Shown: positions 30,941 through 39,306 of the stretch, piece by piece
Layout of the letters: every line of letters begins with the position of its first letter
Position numbering within the stretch: the first letter of the stretch is position 1
NCBI GenBank assembly: GCA_965223855.1
Contig: CBDCXM010000003.1
Span: 64,001-128,000, forward strand
Reading direction: 5' to 3'
Source: Candidatus Multivoradales bacterium
GTDB taxonomy: Bacteria; Acidobacteriota; Thermoanaerobaculia; Multivoradales; JAHEKO01
Length of the DNA stretch: 64,000 nucleotides
The notes under the pieces: generated by a model
The model's input: the letters and a program-made list of their open reading frames with translations, nothing else
Database searches by the model: none
Told to the model about the DNA's origin: nothing
Position numbers and translations under genes: made by a program

Positions 30941-31527
30941 GCCGGCTCATCCTCGCCTCCGGCTCGCCGCGGCGCCGCGACATCCTCGAACAGCTCGGCT
31001 TCGACTTCGAGGTGCGACCGGTCGATCTCGACGAGTCGCGACTCGAGGGCGAGGACGCGATGGCCTACGTCTCCCGCCTGGCGAAGGCGAAGTGCCGGGC
31101 CGAAGCCCGCCCCGGAGAGCTCGTCCTGGCGGCCGACACGATCGTCGCGATCGACGGCCATCTGCTGGGGAAGCCGAAGGACGAGGCCGACGCTCGCGGC
31201 ATGCTGAAACGACTGTCGGGCCGTGAGCACCAGGTGGCGACCGGCGTCGCCGTCTTCGACGTCGACAGCGACCTCGTCGAGCACGCCGTCGTCTCGACGA
31301 CCGTGGCCTTCAACCCTCTGAGCGACACCGAGATCGACTGGTACGTCGCCAGCGGCGAGCCGATGGACAAGGCGGGCGGCTACGCCATTCAGGGCCTCGG
31401 CCGCCTCTTCGTCGGCCGCATCGACGGCAACTACACCAACGTCGTCGGCCTGCCGGTGCCGACCGTCTACGCGCTCCTCACCCGGCTCGGCGCCACCGAG
31501 CTGCCCGCGTTCCCGCCGGCGAACTGA
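30937..31527 (+). CDS. maf: Maf family nucleoside triphosphate pyrophosphatase
   Basis: LILASGSPRR, AADTIV, GKP and DKAGGYAIQG motifs; ATGA overlap with upstream gene. Confidence 0.94.
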   Translation: MSRLILASGSPRRRDILEQLGFDFEVRPVDLDESRLEGEDAMAYVSRLAKAKCRAEARPGELVLAADTIVAIDGHLLGKPKDEADARGMLKRLSGREHQVATGVAVFDVDSDLVEHAVVSTTVAFNPLSDTEIDWYVASGEPMDKAGGYAIQGLGRLFVGRIDGNYTNVVGLPVPTVYALLTRLGATELPAFPPAN

Positions 31528-31530
31528 GCG

Positions 31531-31803
31531 TCAGCCGGGTGTTTCGGAAGGCGTCTCGTCCCGAGGCGCTGAATCCACTCCCGAGTCGCCCCCAGCGTCG
31601 CCGTGCGGCGCGACCTTGTGCGTGCGGACGTAGTAGAAGAGGTACAGACCGAACGCGATCAGGACCACTCCGATGATGTTGTGGATCAGGTCCGAGAACA
31701 CGAGCAGCAACCCACCCGCGGCTACGTCCACCGCTGCAGCGGTGTTGATGACGGCTCCAGTCGGCGGATCGTGATCCTTGATTGTGCTTCCACCGTTGCC
31801 CAT
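31531..31803 (-). CDS. Small hypothetical membrane protein (90 aa)
   Basis: GGAGG RBS before ATG; two hydrophobic segments; acidic tail. Confidence 0.6.
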   Translation of the reverse strand: MGNGGSTIKDHDPPTGAVINTAAAVDVAAGGLLLVFSDLIHNIIGVVLIAFGLYLFYYVRTHKVAPHGDAGGDSGVDSAPRDETPSETPG

Positions 31804-31893
31804 TCGGCACCTCCTGGCTGCGGCACCTCACCGGCGCCGACTCTTCGAGACTGTTGGTATTGGGATTGGCGTCAGTCTAGCAGCGAGCCATCC

Positions 31894-34800
31894 TCAAGAA
31901 CTGGCTCCGATGAGAACGAACGGCGCCCAATAGTAGGGATGCGAATGCACGCCGCTCCTCATGTGCTCGAGCTTCGCCCTTCGCAGTGCCTCGGCCGAGC
32001 CCAGACCCTCCGTCAGCCCGGAGTAGAAGGTCGTCATCAAGGCGGCGGTCGACAGGTCTTCGACCGGCCACAGACTGACAGTGACGCTGTTGGCCCCTGC
32101 GTAGAGAAAGGCCCGAGTCAGGCCGACGAATCCCTCGCCGCGAATCGCCCGGCCGAGCGCCGTCTCGCACCCGGAGAGGACCACCATCTGCGCCGACAGT
32201 TCCAGCTCGAAGATCTCGTGGGGCTGCAGGAGGCCATCTCCGCCACCGCCGCCAACGCCGAGGAGGAGCGACGACAGAGCCGGCTCCTCGTCATCGACCA
32301 GAGCATGAGACGCGAAATGGACGAACCGCGAGTCCTTGACCGACCGCTCATCACGTAGCCGATCTTCGGACGCGGCCGGCCCCGACCAGACCTCCACCTC
32401 GGCCGGGTCGAAGAGTGCCGCGATCGACCGCACCTCCTCGAGGGCACCGGAAAGCCGCCTCCAGCGCCAGTCCTCCGCCTCGCCGAGGCCGCGCAGCACC
32501 GGTCCATCGCCCCTCATCGACGCCGACGACTCCGGCAGTTCGGGATCCGCGAACGCGGCCAGCTGGAAACTCCAGTCCGCCCTGCCGGCTTCACGCTCAC
32601 TCAGGATCCTCAGGGTCGAAGCCGAGGGAAGGTACGAGACCGCCCAACGGCCGAGAACATAGCCGCCGAACGAACGATCACGGCGATCCACGAGAGCCTC
32701 GAAGGGCAGGTAATGCAACGGGCCGTCAGGGGAGACCAGAATGTGTGGGTGGCTCGTCAGAACCGCCTCGACCGGCCTGAGCAAAGCGTCGTAGAGGTCT
32801 CTCGCTACGACCTCGTAGCGGCCGAACGAACGCCGCCCCGGCCGGGTCAGCAACCTTCTCGCCTCTTCGATCTTCGGCTCGAGCCCTCCCTCCGGAGGAA
32901 GCTCCTCGAACAGCATCTCGTCCCGCGTCAGCGCGAGTACGTACGAAGCCCTCTCGCCAAGCACGTAGCTCAGCAGGACCTGCTCGCCGGTGAGGAACTC
33001 TCGTGCCACTGCCGCCGATAGCGGCTCGGGGTAGTCGAGCCTCTCCCAGCGCGGATCGGAAAGCCGGATCGTGCGGTCGAGCGCCTCCCTCTCGCGATGG
33101 AGCTCACTGACCTCCTGACGCAGCGCCACGACATCCCGATCCTCCGCACGGTCGGATGCGAGGAGCCGAGTCAGTCGCCTCTGTGAAGCGGACAGCGCAC
33201 CTCCGATGTCGGCTCGGGCCCGGCGAAGGTCCTCCGGCAGGAGTCTCACCAGGTCGGCTTCGGACTCGGTCAACAACTCCACCAGGCTTCGCGCTCGCGC
33301 CCGCTCCGCGACCTCGAACGCCTGGCTCGCGTATCCCTCGTCCGGGTAGCGTTGATGGAGCTCCCACAGGATCGAGACGAGGAGCGAGAACTCCCCCTGG
33401 CTCCTGGAGAGCAGTCCGGCGCGCAAGTCGGGATGCACGACTCGTTCCCGCAGCGACTCGATGGTGGTGAGGGCCACACTGACCTGCTCCCTCGCTTCGT
33501 CGAGTCGCGACTCTCCCAGAAGGTGGTGCGCGAGACGAGCGCGGCTCAGCGCCTCCTGGTAGCGATCTCCGGTACGACCTGCCAGGTCGATCGCCGTCTC
33601 GAGGTCTTGCCTTGCTCGAACGGCCTCACCGGCCTGACTCCGGACTCTCCCCAGCTCGCGCAGCGTCGAGAGTTCGCCGGGTCGGTCCCCGGAGTCGCGG
33701 AACAGGCCGAGCGCTTCCACGAGGAGGCCGATCGACTCGCTCAACTCCTCCCGGTCGAGCGCCGCTCTGCCGAGCCCGTAGAGACCGTACGCCTGCGCCA
33801 CCTGGTTTCCGGTCTCCCGTCCGCGATCGAGCGACCGGCGGAAGAAGTCGACCGCCTCCGGATCGCCCGCCTCACGCCGGATCTCACCGAGAGTGAGAAG
33901 AGCCCAGATCTCGTCCTCGACAGACTGGGTCGTTACGGCCGCATCGAGAGCCTGGGACAGCAGCTCCTGCGCCCTTCGGCGATGACCCATGATCCGATAG
34001 ATCGCTCCGAGATTCGCACTGAGCCCCCCGAGCCACTCCTGGTCACCGAGTTGACGGGCGATCTCGATGCCCGCCTCGTACGCATCGACCGCCCCTCTCA
34101 GGTCGCCTACGCTCTTGAGCAGAACACCCCGGTTGTTGAGAACCCTCATCTGGGCGGGAATGTCCCCCGTGTCGCGGGCAATCGCGAGCGCCTCTTCGGA
34201 CAGGCCGAGAGCGTCCGAGTAGCGGCCCAGCGCCCGGTAGACCGCACCCAGGTTGGTGAGGGTGTTGGCGCGATCGTCATCGCGCCCGACTCGAGTCGAC
34301 AGCTCCAGCGACCGCTGGAACGCCTCGACCACACGGTCGAGATCGCCCTCGTAGTAGTGGTAGACCCCGAGGTTGTTGTGTGCGAGCGCCTGGAGGCGAA
34401 GGTCGCCGTGTCGACCGGCCACCTCGAGCGCCTCGTCGAAGCTCTGCTTCGCGATCGCGCGTTGCTCGCCACCTTGAAAGAGGTCACCGAAGGTCGACAG
34501 AGCTTCCGACAGCCAACGCCCTTCGTCCCCCTGCCTCAGCAGCTCGACGGCGCGTTGGACCAGTTGTCGTGCCATTTCGCTCGCGCCGAGCCTCTGGTGA
34601 CAACGACCCGCCTCGGTCAGCATCCTGGCCTGCCACACCGCGACCCCGGCCTCCTCGAACGTTGCGGCAGCTTCTTCGAAGAGTCCCGCCGAAGCTCGGA
34701 GGTCATTCTCCGTGTCGAGCAACTTGCGTCGGACCGCTGCGTCTCGAGTCTTCAGGCCCGAGATCCGCCTGTCGTCTCCGCCGCCACCACCCTTGTGGAC

Positions 34801-35181
34801 GGCGCCCAGCAGCCGAAAGCGTCCTCCTTCGCTACCGGATACGCGCCAACGATGAACACCGGGAGAGCGAACAGACCAGCCGACCACCTCGCCCACCCAC
34901 GGGAAACCGGGAAGGTCGCTGCGCGCGACGACGTTCCCACCCGGATCGATCAGCTCCAGAGCAAGGTCGCCTCTCGTCTGCTCGACCTCCACTTCGAGGT
35001 AATCGCCGGGTGAGGCCTCCCACTCTCCCCCGGAGGTCGCCCCGGCCGCGAGATCGACGCCCCGGGTCGCCGCTCGAGGGTCTGCCCCACGGCCGGACTC
35101 GATCTCGCCTGGCGAGGTGGAACCCCCGAGGCATGCGACACACAGAGCCATCCAGACGAGCCTTCGTGAGCTTTCGGTCAT
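31894..35181 (-). CDS. TPR + CHAT (caspase HetF-associated) domain protein
   Basis: N-terminal hydrophobic leader, multiple TPRs (NNLG, LTNLG), PDGPLHYLPFEAL, HFASHA (His), LSGCETALG (Cys), SLWPV and HPYYWAPF. Confidence 0.92.
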   Translation of the reverse strand: MTESSRRLVWMALCVACLGGSTSPGEIESGRGADPRAATRGVDLAAGATSGGEWEASPGDYLEVEVEQTRGDLALELIDPGGNVVARSDLPGFPWVGEVVGWSVRSPGVHRWRVSGSEGGRFRLLGAVHKGGGGGDDRRISGLKTRDAAVRRKLLDTENDLRASAGLFEEAAATFEEAGVAVWQARMLTEAGRCHQRLGASEMARQLVQRAVELLRQGDEGRWLSEALSTFGDLFQGGEQRAIAKQSFDEALEVAGRHGDLRLQALAHNNLGVYHYYEGDLDRVVEAFQRSLELSTRVGRDDDRANTLTNLGAVYRALGRYSDALGLSEEALAIARDTGDIPAQMRVLNNRGVLLKSVGDLRGAVDAYEAGIEIARQLGDQEWLGGLSANLGAIYRIMGHRRRAQELLSQALDAAVTTQSVEDEIWALLTLGEIRREAGDPEAVDFFRRSLDRGRETGNQVAQAYGLYGLGRAALDREELSESIGLLVEALGLFRDSGDRPGELSTLRELGRVRSQAGEAVRARQDLETAIDLAGRTGDRYQEALSRARLAHHLLGESRLDEAREQVSVALTTIESLRERVVHPDLRAGLLSRSQGEFSLLVSILWELHQRYPDEGYASQAFEVAERARARSLVELLTESEADLVRLLPEDLRRARADIGGALSASQRRLTRLLASDRAEDRDVVALRQEVSELHREREALDRTIRLSDPRWERLDYPEPLSAAVAREFLTGEQVLLSYVLGERASYVLALTRDEMLFEELPPEGGLEPKIEEARRLLTRPGRRSFGRYEVVARDLYDALLRPVEAVLTSHPHILVSPDGPLHYLPFEALVDRRDRSFGGYVLGRWAVSYLPSASTLRILSEREAGRADWSFQLAAFADPELPESSASMRGDGPVLRGLGEAEDWRWRRLSGALEEVRSIAALFDPAEVEVWSGPAASEDRLRDERSVKDSRFVHFASHALVDDEEPALSSLLLGVGGGGGDGLLQPHEIFELELSAQMVVLSGCETALGRAIRGEGFVGLTRAFLYAGANSVTVSLWPVEDLSTAALMTTFYSGLTEGLGSAEALRRAKLEHMRSGVHSHPYYWAPFVLIGASS

Positions 35182-35314
35182 CGCTGTACCCGCCGGCTCG
35201 CGACGCGAGCCGACAGTCTCACGGGCGCTCGACGAGCGCTGTTCGTTACGAACCTGAGAGTCCCGCGGACCTGCTCCGGACCGCGAGTAAAGCTCGTTCC
35301 GGCCGTTCAGCGGC

Positions 35315-35620
35315 TCAGTCGCCGAACTTGATCGGCTCCCCGAGCTCCGCCAGCGAGAAGTTCGCCATGATCTGGTGACCGTTGAAGTCGAGAACCCGGA
35401 TGTCCTCGACCCCCCGCAGATCTTCGCTCACGCTCTGGTAGGAATCGGGATAGCGGCCTGCGACCGCATCGAGGTCGACGGCGTAGGCGATGAACTTGTC
35501 GATCCCCTTGTAGCGCAGCTTGGCGACGAGCCGTTCGTCGGTGACTTCGTCGTAGGTCGACAGGGCGAGGATCGGGCCGGTGCCGGTGAAGATCAGGTAC
35601 GCGCGGGGATCGGTCGTCAT
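35315..35620 (-). CDS. Conserved hypothetical cytosolic protein (101 aa)
   Basis: Clean ORF with protein-like composition (YLIFTGTGP, KGIDKFIAY, DIRVLDFNG); -10 box upstream. Confidence 0.7.
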   Translation of the reverse strand: MTTDPRAYLIFTGTGPILALSTYDEVTDERLVAKLRYKGIDKFIAYAVDLDAVAGRYPDSYQSVSEDLRGVEDIRVLDFNGHQIMANFSLAELGEPIKFGD

Positions 35621-35659
35621 CTGCCGACGAGCTTATCGGCTGGGGATAAGCTGTCAACA

Positions 35660-36487
35660 ATGGAAGAGTTCGCCTCGGACGCCAAGCCTGCCGTCGTCCT
35701 CGTGAGGACGCAGGAGGAGGGCAACATCGGCTCCACCGCGCGGGCGATGGCCAACATGGGGCTCGAGCAGCTGGTGCTGGTGGCGCCGCAGGCCACGATC
35801 GGCCGCGTGGCGCGCGCCTTCGCGGTCGGGGCCGGCGAGATCCTCGACCGAGCTCGGATCGAGGACGATCTCGAGACGGCCCTCGCCCCGTATCGGCGGG
35901 TCGTCGGCACGACCTCGCTGCGCGGCCGCAGCCTCGGAGCACAGCCGATCACACCGCAGGAGCTGCCCTCTGTGCTCGACGCCGACCCGGCCGGCACGTC
36001 GACGGCGCTCGTCTTCGGTCCCGAGGCGTCGGGGCTCAAGGTCGAGGAGCTCACCCTGTGCTCTCCGTGTGTGCGCATCCCGTGCTCGCCCGTGCAGCCG
36101 ACTCTCAATCTGGCGCAGGCGGTGCTGATCGTCGCCTGGGAGCTTGCCAAGGCCCGCCGGGCGTCAGCGGGACCGGCGTCTGCAGGACGGGTGTCGGAGG
36201 ACGCCGACGAGGGGGACGCATTTCCGCTCGCCTCCCAACGTGAGCTGGCGGGGCTCTTCGAGCAGATGCGGCCGGTGTTGGGAGAGGTCGGCTTCGACCG
36301 CGACGGCTCGTTCGAGACGGTGATGCGGGATCTGCGCCTGCTGGCAGGGAGGGCGAGCCTGACGGAACGCGAGGTCAAGATCCTCCGCGGGATCTGCCGG
36401 CGTACCCGGCGGTCGCTCGAGCAGCGAGGTGCCTCGCAGCTAGGGGAACCCGCCTCCGCAGCGCCCGTCGATGCCGAAGGGGATTGA
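35660..36487 (+). CDS. trmJ: TrmJ/LasT family SPOUT RNA methyltransferase
   Basis: VVLVRTQEEGNIGSTARAMANMG, VFGPEASGL and LNLAQAV motifs. Confidence 0.85.
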   Translation: MEEFASDAKPAVVLVRTQEEGNIGSTARAMANMGLEQLVLVAPQATIGRVARAFAVGAGEILDRARIEDDLETALAPYRRVVGTTSLRGRSLGAQPITPQELPSVLDADPAGTSTALVFGPEASGLKVEELTLCSPCVRIPCSPVQPTLNLAQAVLIVAWELAKARRASAGPASAGRVSEDADEGDAFPLASQRELAGLFEQMRPVLGEVGFDRDGSFETVMRDLRLLAGRASLTEREVKILRGICRRTRRSLEQRGASQLGEPASAAPVDAEGD

Positions 36488-36505
36488 TAAGCTCCCCGGC
36501 CTCTC

Positions 36506-37147
36506 ATGGAACCCGCCGTCGCAGCAGCAGCCTCGCCCTCCGCCGTCGCTTCGACCCTCGCGTCCGACCCCGTCATCGGGGTGGTTCGCACCGACTCGAC
36601 CGATACCGCACGGGATCAGGCGCGGCGCCTTCTCGACACTCCGATCGGCCTCGTCGAAATCACCTTCACGGTGCCTTCGGCTGTCGATCTGGTGCGGGAG
36701 CTGCGCCAGGGCACCGACCTGCCCTGGATCGGCATGGGCAGTGTGACGACCGCGGCACGCGCCCGGGAAGCGGTCGCAGCGGGGGCCGACTTCCTCGTCT
36801 CCCCCAACGCCTCGCCCGAGGTCGCCGCCGTGGCGCACGAGAGCGGCCGCTTCCTGGTGATGGGAGCGCTGACGCCGACCGAGATCGTCAGCGCCAACGA
36901 GCTCGGTGCGCATCTGGTCAAGGTCTACCCGTTGCCCGCGGTCGGTGGCGCCGCCTATCTGCGCACCGTACGCGGGCCGTTGTGGGACATCGACATGCTG
37001 GCCGCAGGAGGTTTCGGTGTCGACGAGATTTCCGACTATCGCGCCGCCGGAGCGCGGGCGTTCGGCATGATGGCCCCAATGCTGCTCGAAGACGACGGCG
37101 CCGCCGCCGGGCGGGCGCTCGCCCTGGCGCGAGGAGAGAGCTCGTGA
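36506..37147 (+). CDS. eda: KDPG/KHG aldolase
   Basis: VEITF, GMGSV, GADFLVSP, GALTPTEI, VKVYP and GGAAYL motifs. Confidence 0.85.
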   Translation: MEPAVAAAASPSAVASTLASDPVIGVVRTDSTDTARDQARRLLDTPIGLVEITFTVPSAVDLVRELRQGTDLPWIGMGSVTTAARAREAVAAGADFLVSPNASPEVAAVAHESGRFLVMGALTPTEIVSANELGAHLVKVYPLPAVGGAAYLRTVRGPLWDIDMLAAGGFGVDEISDYRAAGARAFGMMAPMLLEDDGAAAGRALALARGESS

Positions 37148-37563
37148 CCAACTCGCATCCGCCGCGCCACGTCGTCTTCGATCGGACACCCGAGATCTTC
37201 GCTACCGACAACAACGGCTCGTTCTGGTTGCCGCTCCAGGTAGAGGGGGCGCCGCACGTCGAAACCCACCACTTCGACGAGGTGCGGCTGATGATCTCGG
37301 TCTGGCATCCCTCCAACCAGCGATCGATCGACCTCGACAGCGCCTACGTCGAGCTGCGCGGGCTGATCGATCCCGAGGACGACCACTGGTGCAAGCTGGC
37401 GGAGATCGAGCCGGTCGTCCCCGCCTACTCGGCCGGCGCATCGTTCGACGGCTGGATCGTGCTGCCGATCTTCTCGGTCAAGACGGCGCTCGCCCTCTCC
37501 GGCAGCGGCTTCGCCGGGCGGGCGCGTTTGCAGGCGCGCGCCAGCGGCTACTTCGTTTCCTGA
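37144..37563 (+). CDS. Hypothetical protein (139 aa)
   Basis: GTG overlaps the eda stop (GTGA); GGAG RBS; protein-like composition between co-oriented genes. Confidence 0.65.
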   Translation: MTNSHPPRHVVFDRTPEIFATDNNGSFWLPLQVEGAPHVETHHFDEVRLMISVWHPSNQRSIDLDSAYVELRGLIDPEDDHWCKLAEIEPVVPAYSAGASFDGWIVLPIFSVKTALALSGSGFAGRARLQARASGYFVS

Positions 37564-37580
37564 CGGGAGGTCCAACAGCC

Positions 37581-38798
37581 ATGCAGCATCTTCGATTCCT
37601 CGCCGAACTCGCCCGAGAGGCGGACTCGAAGATCGTCCTGCTGATCCTCGACGGTGTCGGCGACCTTCGCACCGAGGCACAGCCACAGACGGCGCTCGAC
37701 CTCGCCTCCACCCCCAACCTCGATGCTCTCGCAGCAAGGGGCGCGCTGGGTCGGATGATCCCGGTGCTGCCGGGAGTCACGCCCGGCTCCGGCCCGGGGC
37801 ATCTCGGCCTCTTCGGCTACGACCCGGCCCTGCCGCAGTTCGACATCGGGCGGGGCGTGCTCGAAGCGCTCGGCCTCGGCCTCGCCTTCGGTGCGCGTGA
37901 CCTCCTCGCACGCGGCAACTTCGCCACCGCGGACAGCGACGGTCATCTGACCGATCGACGCGCGGGCCGGATCCCCACCTCCGAATGCGAGCGTCTCTGC
38001 GCCCGGATCAACGACGCGATCGGCGAGGTTGCGGGGATGAGGGTTCGCGTGGCGCCCGGCGAGAGCCACCGCTTCGTCCTGGTCCTCGAGGGGAGAGGCC
38101 TGCGCTCGGAACTCGCGGACACCGATCCCCAGCAGCTCGGCGTTCCGCCGCTCGCCCCCGAGGCTCAGACCCCCGAGGCCGAGGAAACCGCCGAACGAGT
38201 CGCCGAGGTCGTCGCCGCCCTCGACGCCGTCATCGCCGACGAGCCACAGGCGAACCGGGTGCTCCTGAGGGGCTTCTCGAAGATGCCCGAGATTCCGCAG
38301 ATGCCGGAGCTCTACCGGATGCGCTGCGGCGCCTTCGCCGGCTATCCGCTCTACCGCGGCGTCGCCTCGGCCTGCGGCATGGAGGTGGTCGAGTGCGGCA
38401 AGCACCTCGACGAGGTCGTCGCTGCGGTACGCGAGCGCTGGGAGGACTTCGACTACTTCTTCCTCCACATCAAGCAGACCGACGCCGCGGGCGAGGACGG
38501 CGATCTGCGCAAGAAGGCGGACGTTCTCAAGGAGGTCGACGGCCACCTTCCCGATCTGCTCGCCCTCGAACCGGACGTGCTCGCCGTCACCGGCGACCAC
38601 TCGACGCCGGCGCTGATGGCGGCGCATTCGTGGCATCCGATTCCGCTGCTGCTGGCAGGGCCGCTCGTTTTCGTCGACGAGACTTCGGCTTTCGACGAGG
38701 GGCAAGCGATCCGGGGCCATCTCGGGGTGCTCAAGTCTCGCGAGCTGATGGGCCTGCTGTTGGCCCACGCCGGCAGGCTCGCCAAGTTCGGCGCCTGA
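37581..38798 (+). CDS. apgM: 2,3-bisphosphoglycerate-independent phosphoglycerate mutase, archaeal/ApgM type
   Basis: LLILDGVGD, TPNLD, PGSGPGHL, DRRAGRI, TDAAGEDG, TGDHSTP and HSWHP motifs; GGGAGG RBS. Confidence 0.92.
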   Translation: MQHLRFLAELAREADSKIVLLILDGVGDLRTEAQPQTALDLASTPNLDALAARGALGRMIPVLPGVTPGSGPGHLGLFGYDPALPQFDIGRGVLEALGLGLAFGARDLLARGNFATADSDGHLTDRRAGRIPTSECERLCARINDAIGEVAGMRVRVAPGESHRFVLVLEGRGLRSELADTDPQQLGVPPLAPEAQTPEAEETAERVAEVVAALDAVIADEPQANRVLLRGFSKMPEIPQMPELYRMRCGAFAGYPLYRGVASACGMEVVECGKHLDEVVAAVRERWEDFDYFFLHIKQTDAAGEDGDLRKKADVLKEVDGHLPDLLALEPDVLAVTGDHSTPALMAAHSWHPIPLLLAGPLVFVDETSAFDEGQAIRGHLGVLKSRELMGLLLAHAGRLAKFGA

Positions 38799-38813
38799 CC
38801 CTACTCGCGGGGA

Positions 38814-38981
38814 GGCGAAGAGAGATCCTGGCGACTCAGCAGGGGGCTCTTCGCCGGGGCGACAAGTAGGAATCCGCAGTCAGAAGTCGATGGCGCCCCA
38901 GGCGAAGCGCAGGGAGCCACAACGCCATCCTCCGACCGATGGCTCCCGGCCCCTGGGGAGTCGCCAGGATCTCTCTTCGCC
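38814..38981 (+). ncRNA. Putative structured element, copy A (long basal stem + three-way junction); family unknown
   Basis: Perfect 24-bp inverted repeat 38814-38837/38958-38981 enclosing stems CTTCGCC/GGCGAAG and GGGAGCC/GGCTCCC; homologous to copy B. Confidence 0.55.
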
Positions 38982-39058
38982 GTTCGGTCTCGGGCTGAAG
39001 CGTTGACGAGGCTGAACTCGGCGTTCGCTGCTCGCGCCAACCTCGGAGACTCGAAGCC

Positions 39059-39223
39059 GGAGGACAGAGACGCCAAGGGTCGCCAGGGGCCGGGAGCCGT
39101 CAGTCGGTGGGCGGTGGACCGGCTCCCTGCGCTTCGCCTCGGGCGCCACCGTTGCAGGACTGCAGGGGTCCGAGTGTCGCCCTGGCGAAGAGCCCCCTGG
39201 CACCCTTGGAGCCCCTGTCCTCC
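39059..39223 (-). ncRNA. Putative structured element, copy B (inverted relative to A)
   Basis: Reverse complement matches the core blocks of copy A at 24/25, 27/28 and 16/16; basal stem diverged but still paired. Confidence 0.55.
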
Positions 39224-39306
39224 TGCGATCGACGCACCGCAGCAGTTCCCTGCCCACGCCGCTTCGCGTGGGAACCTCCTCAGCGAGGGGGTGTAGAAAA
39301 CGCGGT

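Noticed and set aside
38814-39223. Structured pair as tRNA, SRP RNA, hammerhead ribozyme or intrinsic terminators
   Set aside because: No TTCRA T-loop or cloverleaf, no SRP GGAA-loop/AGCAG motif, no CUGANGA/GAAA core, and no U-tracts after the stems
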